A stretch of DNA of 16,275 nt, from assembly GCA_021817705.1 (NCBI GenBank), contig JAKAGB010000013.1:1-16275 (forward strand). The letters run 5' to 3'. Below, one piece after another: positions 11,714-16,275 of the stretch. The stretch comes from a bacterium (GTDB taxonomy: Bacteria; Patescibacteriota; Minisyncoccia; Phycocordibacterales; Phycocordibacteraceae). How positions within the stretch are numbered: the stretch's first letter is position 1; the number at the start of each line of letters is the position of its first letter. The notes beneath the pieces are model-generated. The model saw only the letters and a list, made by a program, of their open reading frames with translations. It was not told the DNA's origin and did no database searches. The translations under genes and the position numbers were made by a program.

Positions 11714-12013
11714 CTACCGCGACGGATCCGCGTACTGGTACACGCCGTTCAGGTATTTGGCTTCTTCGGTCGCGCGGTTGGCGAAGAGCGTATGAATGGT
11801 AGTGAGCGACGACGGGTTAAAGACCGGTGGCGTCGAGGTCGCTGCGCCGCCAATGACGCCGCCCGCAGCGACCGTGCTGAACGCGGAGAGATTCCACACG
11901 AGGACGAGCGCGAAGCCGAGCAAGAACACGCCGAGTATGACGAACCAGTCGCGCATGGGATGGAGTCGCTGCCCATAACCGAACGATGCGAGTGAGAGGT
12001 GAGGAAGGTTCAT
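11714..12013 (-). CDS. Small single-pass membrane protein, fourth gene of the pilMNO module
   Basis: Start chosen at ATG 12013, which overlaps the pilO-like stop as ATGA. TM helix WFVILGVFLLGFALVLVW. The track ORF extends to 12175, but that stretch overlaps the pilO-like CDS. Confidence 0.6.
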   Translation of the reverse strand: MNLPHLSLASFGYGQRLHPMRDWFVILGVFLLGFALVLVWNLSAFSTVAAGGVIGGAATSTPPVFNPSSLTTIHTLFANRATEEAKYLNGVYQYADPSR

Positions 12014-12651
12014 AGGTACGAAGCAGAGGACCCGCCGAGCGATACTGGCGACGGAACGACCTTGCCCGGCGTCGATGCTGCCGGCGTTCCTGATGGCGCC
12101 GGGGTTCCGGTATTCGTGCTCGGCGTCGAAGAGCCCGTAATCGAACCGACCAGGATGCCGAGCGTCGCCGACCATCCTTTCGTCTGGTCGAGCGAGGCGG
12201 CAAGGTTCGTCACCGAGACATCATACGGCGCATACTCGACCGCGCCGACCATGCGCATGATGGCATCGAACGAACCGGTGAGCGTGAGCGAAACGTCAAG
12301 CGCCGACCGGCCGCCGACCTTCGTAGCAGAAACGGAGGCGACCGTAACGCCGACGCCAAGCGACTTGCCGCTCGCCTGCAAGGCGTCGATGAAGGACACG
12401 ACGCTCGCTTCGGGCACGAAGTACGCCTGTACCGCGGCTTCGTCGCTCGTGAGCTGTGCGAGCGCGACGCGTGCCGACGAAAGCCGCGTGCTCGCCTCGG
12501 ATGCCGCCTGTATGCGCGACTCGATGCCAGAGACTTGTGCCGAAAGCGCTGCGACCCGCGCGCGCCACAAGCCGTACCCAGCCACGGCAAGCACGCACAC
12601 GACCGCGGCGGCGGTGAATTGGAGCAGAGGCGATGAGCGGAAGCGGTTCAT
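12010..12651 (-). CDS. pilO: PilO-like type IV pilus assembly protein with an S/T/P-rich C-terminal tail
   Basis: Start ATG 12651 (MNRFRSSPLLQF...) overlaps the pilN stop as ATGA. The layout is TM helix, then coiled-coil (AALSAQVSGIESRIQAASEASTRLSSARVAL), then an alpha/beta core. The upstream part of track ORF 12010..13284 is a GC shadow frame (Arg/Pro-rich). Confidence 0.72.
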   Translation of the reverse strand: MNRFRSSPLLQFTAAAVVCVLAVAGYGLWRARVAALSAQVSGIESRIQAASEASTRLSSARVALAQLTSDEAAVQAYFVPEASVVSFIDALQASGKSLGVGVTVASVSATKVGGRSALDVSLTLTGSFDAIMRMVGAVEYAPYDVSVTNLAASLDQTKGWSATLGILVGSITGSSTPSTNTGTPAPSGTPAASTPGKVVPSPVSLGGSSASYL

Positions 12652-13202
12652 GGCGCGAGGGTTATAAGGATGGAGAACGCGATGTTCGTGCTCTGTGCGT
12701 ACACGGAAACCGGCAGGTCGGCCGCGGTGGCGAAGGCGCTCCCCTGCAATGCGACCTGGTAGCTCCGGAGCGCATCGCGCGTAAGGGCGGTACCGGAAAG
12801 GGAGAGCGTCCCCGGGCCTTTCGCCGAAGGCGGCGTGTAGGAAAGCGCGGCGAGTGTGATGCCGGGTCGCGGAACGAGGAGTGCGGTGCGTACGGCGAGC
12901 GCGGCATCGGGCGCGTTCGCGAGCGCAGCGAGTGCCTGCGTATCGGAAGAAAGCGCGGCGAGTCGCGCCGAAAGCGCGGCGCCGTCGGTCGACGACAGCG
13001 ACGCGGTGACGGACGCGAGCTGCGCGTTCTTCGAGGCGAGCGTGCTTGAAAGATACTGATAGGTCGGCGCGAGGAGGAGTGCGGCGCTTGCAGAAAGGAC
13101 GGATGCCGCGACAAGCGCCACGACGCCGAGTCGTAGGAAGTATGCGCGCCGCAAGAGGGCGATGCGTTCGTCGGGCAGGAGGTTGGTGAGCGGCGTGGTC
13201 AT
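12648..13202 (-). CDS. pilN: PilN-like type IV pilus assembly protein
   Basis: Start ATG 13202 (MTTPLTNLLPDERIALLRRAYFLRLGVVALV...) overlaps the pilM stop as ATGA. The NLLP motif followed by a TM helix is typical of PilN. Confidence 0.75.
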   Translation of the reverse strand: MTTPLTNLLPDERIALLRRAYFLRLGVVALVAASVLSASAALLLAPTYQYLSSTLASKNAQLASVTASLSSTDGAALSARLAALSSDTQALAALANAPDAALAVRTALLVPRPGITLAALSYTPPSAKGPGTLSLSGTALTRDALRSYQVALQGSAFATAADLPVSVYAQSTNIAFSILITLAP

Positions 13203-14290
13203 AGGTAGGCGCGGAGCGCGAGGCCGACGGCGGTCGCGTACGCGAGCGACTCGCTGTAGGAGAACGGCGGAATCCACTCGTCACGCGACGCGAAGTTCAC
13301 GAACACGTCGCCGAGCGAGACCGGGATACGGAGGGCACCCTCAAGGTATTCGGGCAGTCCGCGCACGGATGCGTTGCCGCCTGCGATGACCGCACGCGCC
13401 ACGGGTTCATGGTGGCCTGAGAGCGCCGCCCGTCCCTGCCAATACTCGAGGTTTCGTGCAATCTCGTCCTTCACTGCGGATACGGTGGAGAGCATCGCCG
13501 CGAGGTAGTCCTCGTTGCCTGGCGCGGGCACGATGCCGCGATCCACCTTGATGCGGCGCGCCTCGAGCTCCGTGACGCCGAAGTGTTTCTGCACCGCAAG
13601 CGTGAGCGCGTGGCCGCCGATGCCGATGGTGGTGGTGAATCGCGGGATGCCGCGCGAGACGATGACGAGCTTCGTCGTGGTCTTGCCGATATCGATGAGG
13701 AGCACCGTATCGGTCTCCCCTGCGGGTAGGAGCGAGCGCGCGAACGCGAACGACTCGCTCTCCAGGGAACACGCGGTGACGCCGGCGGCATCAAGCGCAG
13801 AGAGCATGCCGTCTACGATTCGGCCCGCGAATCCGACGCCGACGACCGTCATCGCCCCCGCATTCGTGCGCCCGACGGGCACGATGTCGAACGCGGTGTT
13901 CGAAGGCGGAAGCGGGACGAGCTCGTCGAGATGCTGTTCGACGGCGACGCGCCACTCCTCCTTGTTCGAGCCTTCGACGTCGGCCTCGAAGAGGTACGAT
14001 TTCGATTCCGCGAGCGCGACATGCGCTTCGGCTATGCCGGCGCGCTTCGCCGCCTGCGCGATGGCCGCCGATGCTTTGGCGGCGTCGACTATCTCGCCCG
14101 CAGAAACGACGTCGGCGCCGAAACGGACTTCGGCGGATGCTGCAAGGACGATGCCGCGCGACGTTTCCGCAAGTCGCACCGCCTTCACGCCGCTCGTCGA
14201 AATCTCGATGCCCGCGGGCGCCGGCATGAGGTAGCGCGGCGGCAAGAGTGCCACGCGGAGCCGTTCTCGGATATCGAACGTCATAGGCAC
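13199..14290 (-). CDS. pilM: Type IV pilus assembly protein PilM (actin-like ATPase fold)
   Basis: GIEISTSGVKAVRL..., LLIDIGKTTTKLVIV... and IGIGGHALT... show the actin/FtsA-like pattern, with synteny to pilN/pilO. The start is GTG 14290 or ATG 14284. Confidence 0.88.
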   Translation of the reverse strand: MPMTFDIRERLRVALLPPRYLMPAPAGIEISTSGVKAVRLAETSRGIVLAASAEVRFGADVVSAGEIVDAAKASAAIAQAAKRAGIAEAHVALAESKSYLFEADVEGSNKEEWRVAVEQHLDELVPLPPSNTAFDIVPVGRTNAGAMTVVGVGFAGRIVDGMLSALDAAGVTACSLESESFAFARSLLPAGETDTVLLIDIGKTTTKLVIVSRGIPRFTTTIGIGGHALTLAVQKHFGVTELEARRIKVDRGIVPAPGNEDYLAAMLSTVSAVKDEIARNLEYWQGRAALSGHHEPVARAVIAGGNASVRGLPEYLEGALRIPVSLGDVFVNFASRDEWIPPFSYSESLAYATAVGLALRAYL

Positions 14291-14362
14291 ATCATACAGG
14301 ACGGAACGCGGCCGCCTGTGGCGGCCGCGGGAAAACGCACGCCCTCTACGGCGGGCCTCCTC

Positions 14363-14701
14363 CTAGTGCGCAGCGGTGCCGGGTGGTACCTGCCGGTCCG
14401 GCGTGAGGAATGCGAACGATTCGCCTTCTCCCACCGCGAAGAGCATGCCGTTGCTCTCGATTCCTTTTATGGTGCGAGGCTCGAGGTTCGTTACATACGC
14501 GAGCTGCCGGCCGACGAGCGCCTCCGGCGTGGTGTATGCCATCACGCCGGACACGATGGTGCGCGGACCTTCCGGTTCGCCGAAGTCTACGGTGCATTTG
14601 ATGAGCTTGTCGGTATCGGGCACATGCTCGGCTGCGAGCACCGTGCCGACCTTCACTTCTATCTTTGAAAATTCATCGAACGGGATGCGCGGTTTACTCA
14701 T
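14363..14701 (-). CDS. tRNA-binding domain protein (Trbp111/CsaA/EMAP-like)
   Basis: FSKIEVKVGTVLAAEHVPDTDKLIKCTVDFGE...RTIVSGV...LVGRQLAYVTNLEPRTIKGIESNGMLFAV is the OB-fold tRNA-binding domain. ATG 14701 overlaps the ruvX 3' end by 8 nt. The longer track ORF to 14974 is a shadow frame. Confidence 0.85.
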   Translation of the reverse strand: MSKPRIPFDEFSKIEVKVGTVLAAEHVPDTDKLIKCTVDFGEPEGPRTIVSGVMAYTTPEALVGRQLAYVTNLEPRTIKGIESNGMLFAVGEGESFAFLTPDRQVPPGTAAH

Positions 14702-15107
14702 GGTGCGTGCGTGAAAGGTAGGAGGTAAGGATAAGCGCCGCCGCGGATGCGTCAACGTCCGCGCGCCGCTTCGCGGCGCGCGACTTCTCCTCCTTTTCCG
14801 GCGCGCGGCGCGCTTCGGCGCTCGTAAAACGCTCGTCCTCGAAGAAGACGGGGATGCCCGCGCGTTCGCGGAGCCGCTCCGCGAACGCGCGGGCATCCTC
14901 TGCCACCGGATTCTCGCGCCCCGACAAGTCTTTCGACTCGCCGAACACGGCCGCACCGACGTTCTCGGTTGCAATCAGTCGCGCGAGCTCGTCTTCGAGC
15001 GCAGGCGTGTTCTCCACGACCGCGTGCGGGAATCCCATCGTGCCGGCTTCGTCCGAAAGCGCGAGCCCGACCTTCTTCGTGCCGTAATCCACCCCGAGAT
15101 ATCTCAT
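14694..15107 (-). CDS. ruvX: Holliday-junction-resolvase-like nuclease RuvX/YqgF
   Basis: MRYLGVDYGTKKVGLALSD... and ...VFFEDERFTSAEA... are YqgF family motifs. Confidence 0.92.
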   Translation of the reverse strand: MRYLGVDYGTKKVGLALSDEAGTMGFPHAVVENTPALEDELARLIATENVGAAVFGESKDLSGRENPVAEDARAFAERLRERAGIPVFFEDERFTSAEARRAPEKEEKSRAAKRRADVDASAAALILTSYLSRTHHE

Positions 15108-15119
15108 GCCTCAATACTA

Positions 15120-15128
15120 TGGTATAGT
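15120..15128 (+). promoter_or_regulatory. Extended -10 element (TGgTATAGT) predicting a leaderless or near-leaderless transcript for the 15137 gene
   Basis: TGG+TATAGT lies at 15120-15128 and the ATG at 15137 is only 8 nt downstream. There is no SD and no good -35. Confidence 0.3.
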
Positions 15129-15136
15129 CCGCGCAT

Positions 15137-15394
15137 ATGCACGCCTTCGCCCCCCTCGCCTACGCTGCCATGCCCGCTTTCGCCGGCATCGCAGTGCCGG
15201 TTCTCATCGTCGCGATCGTTTGGGAAATCGTCCTCAAAGGGTTCGGCCTCTGGCATGCGGCGCGCTGTTCTCAGAAGTGGTGGTTCGTCGCCATGCTCAT
15301 CTTCAATACGCTTGGCATCCTGCCCATCGTCTACCTCATCTGGTTCCGCACCGACGCGCGCACGCCGGCGCATGAATCATCAGCGGCGGCGTAG
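15137..15394 (+). CDS. Small two-TM membrane protein (DUF5652-like)
   Basis: Pattern ...VLKGFGLWHAARCSQKWWFVAMLIFNTLGILPIVYLIWF...; two hydrophobic helices; 85 aa. Confidence 0.72.
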   Translation: MHAFAPLAYAAMPAFAGIAVPVLIVAIVWEIVLKGFGLWHAARCSQKWWFVAMLIFNTLGILPIVYLIWFRTDARTPAHESSAAA

Positions 15395-15401
15395 CAACTC
15401 G

Positions 15402-15488
15402 GGAGGAGTGGCAGAGTGGTCTAATGCAGCGGACTTGAAATCCGCCGTCCCTTCACGGGGATCGTGAGTTCGAATCTCACCTCCTCCG
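15402..15488 (+). tRNA. tRNA-Ser (anticodon TGA), type II
   Basis: Acceptor GGAGGAG / CTCCTCC, anticodon arm GCGGA-CTTGAAA-TCCGC, long variable arm CGTCCCTTCACGGGGAT, T arm GTGAG-TTCGAAT-CTCAC, discriminator G. A 13-bp hairpin with one mismatch follows at 15510-15538. Confidence 0.9.
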
Positions 15489-15560
15489 CCGCGATTCTTT
15501 TGCACAAACACCCGCGCCTGCCCCCGGCAGACGCGGGTTCCTCTGCTATCATTCCGGTAT

Positions 15561-16034
15561 ATGCCACGCACCGTGCACCTTGAATGGGAGGGGCGCGAAT
15601 ACGAATACAACCCGAAGAGCGCCGATTGGTATTGGGTGCTCGGCATCGTCGCGGTCGCATTCGCAATCGCCGCCGCCCTCTTCGGCAACTACCTCTTCGC
15701 GCTCCTCATCATCGTGGCAGCCACGGCCGTCGCGCTCCATGCCGCGAAAGAGCCGCACGTTCACCAGTTCCGTCTCACAGATGCCGGACTCATGATTGGC
15801 GATGAGTTCCATCCTTTTTCGCGCATGGAGAGCTTTACCGTCTTCGAAGCGATAGACGGTGAACTACCGCCGCTCCTGTCCATAAAGACAGAAAGCGTGT
15901 GGCACCCGCACCTCGAGATTCCACTCGACCCCGGCACCGAAGACGCCGTGTACGCGTATTTCCTCCAGAACGTCGATGAAGCCGAGCACCGCCCGACCTT
16001 CGTCGATGTCGTCTCCGCCTGGCTCGGCTTCTAA
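15561..16034 (+). CDS. Hypothetical two-TM membrane protein
   Basis: A 157-aa ORF. N-terminal ...EYEYNPKSADWYWVLGIVAVAFAIAAALFGNYLFALLIIVAATAVAL (two TM helices), then a soluble C-terminal domain. No motif recognised. Confidence 0.8.
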   Translation: MPRTVHLEWEGREYEYNPKSADWYWVLGIVAVAFAIAAALFGNYLFALLIIVAATAVALHAAKEPHVHQFRLTDAGLMIGDEFHPFSRMESFTVFEAIDGELPPLLSIKTESVWHPHLEIPLDPGTEDAVYAYFLQNVDEAEHRPTFVDVVSAWLGF

Positions 16035-16079
16035 AATTTTCACGCTCGTGGTATCGTGCGTTCGTTCAGGTTCGTGCCT

Positions 16080-16151
16080 GCTCTCGTCGTTCAACGGATA
16101 GGACACCGGCTTGCGGAGCCGGCAATGTAGGTTCGATTCCTGCCGAGAGCA
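16080..16151 (+). tRNA. tRNA-Arg (anticodon GCG)
   Basis: Acceptor GCTCTCG / CGAGAGC, D arm GTTC-AACGGATA-GGAC, anticodon arm CCGGC-TTGCGGA-GCCGG (G34 C35 G36, G37), 4-nt variable loop, T arm GTAGG-TTCGATT-CCTGC, discriminator A. Confidence 0.87.
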
Positions 16152-16155
16152 CTGA

Positions 16156-16275
16156 TTATGCGAACCAGCCGAAGCGCTGGACGAAGAATAGGAACGCAAA
16201 TGCCAGTACAAAAAAGACAAGGAGCGCGATGCCAATCGTCGTGTACGTGTCGTGATACGGGGCAAGGTAGATGAC
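16156..16275 (-). CDS. 3' end of a membrane-protein gene that continues beyond the right window edge (partial)
   Basis: The open frame from the window edge reads ...VIYLAPYHDTYTTIGIALLVFFVLAFAFLFFVQRFGWFA and ends at TAA (16156-16158). It is hydrophobic and helix-like. It is absent from the ORF track because there is no start codon in the window. Confidence 0.4.
   Translation of the reverse strand, partial: VIYLAPYHDTYTTIGIALLVFFVLAFAFLFFVQRFGWFA

Noticed and set aside
7596-11714. Partial recurrence of cttctaac / gacttcta near 7596, 10046 and 11707, considered as possible extra copies of the rplS-upstream inverted repeat.
   Set aside because: Only 8-mer matches, which is within chance expectation, and the partner repeat is absent at the other sites.
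1-16275. I looked for CRISPR arrays, rRNA genes, transposase or integrase genes, and a reverse transcriptase anywhere in the window.
   Set aside because: I saw no regularly spaced direct repeats, no rRNA-like segments, and no ORF with transposase, integrase or RT (YxDD) motifs. The only repeats of note are the TR/VR pair and the inverted repeats reported above.

Overview
This is a visibly GC-rich, tightly packed bacterial window, transcribed mostly from the minus strand. I call about 24 protein genes and 7 dispersed tRNA genes: His-GTG, Leu-GAG, Val-TAC, Leu-CAG, Arg-TCT, Ser-TGA and Arg-GCG. Many GC-rich hairpin terminators separate the transcription units.

The housekeeping content is secE-nusG, rplS, an RluA-family pseudouridine synthase, uppS, ruvX, a Trbp111/CsaA-like tRNA-binding protein, mscL, panD, a PduO-type cobalamin adenosyltransferase, a 2H phosphoesterase, an alpha/beta hydrolase and a SIMPL-domain protein. 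There is also a translationally coupled pilM-pilN-pilO-(small TM protein) type IV pilus module. The remainder is secreted or membrane hypotheticals. The repertoire (four-helix-bundle protein, CPxDAxxCPDG membrane-anchored protein, minimal SecE, T4P module, few Shine-Dalgarno sites) suggests a Patescibacteria/CPR-like small genome. That is inference only.

The main result is in the left 1.6 kb, which holds the core of a diversity-generating retroelement (DGR).
- Two 127-nt repeats (398-524 and 844-970) align without gaps. They differ at 19 positions, and 18 of these are adenines of the 398-524 copy read on the minus strand.
- The 844-970 copy (VR) encodes the extreme C-terminus of a 194-aa protein of unrecognised family (839-1423, minus strand).
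- The adenine- and AAC-rich copy (TR) lies next to an Avd-like four-helix-bundle gene.
- No reverse transcriptase is visible in the window. The locus runs into the left edge, where there is also a C11 homopolymer.

Secondary observations:
- a 132-bp element bounded by inverted repeats upstream of rplS;
- an orphan plus-strand gene with a HEPN-like RNSLTH motif;
- a tRNA-Leu 3' end followed 1 nt later by a start codon;
- a tRNA-Arg with anticodon GCG;
- a terminator-like hairpin in the secE-nusG leader.

All coordinates, alignments and counts were derived by hand from the sequence and should be recomputed.
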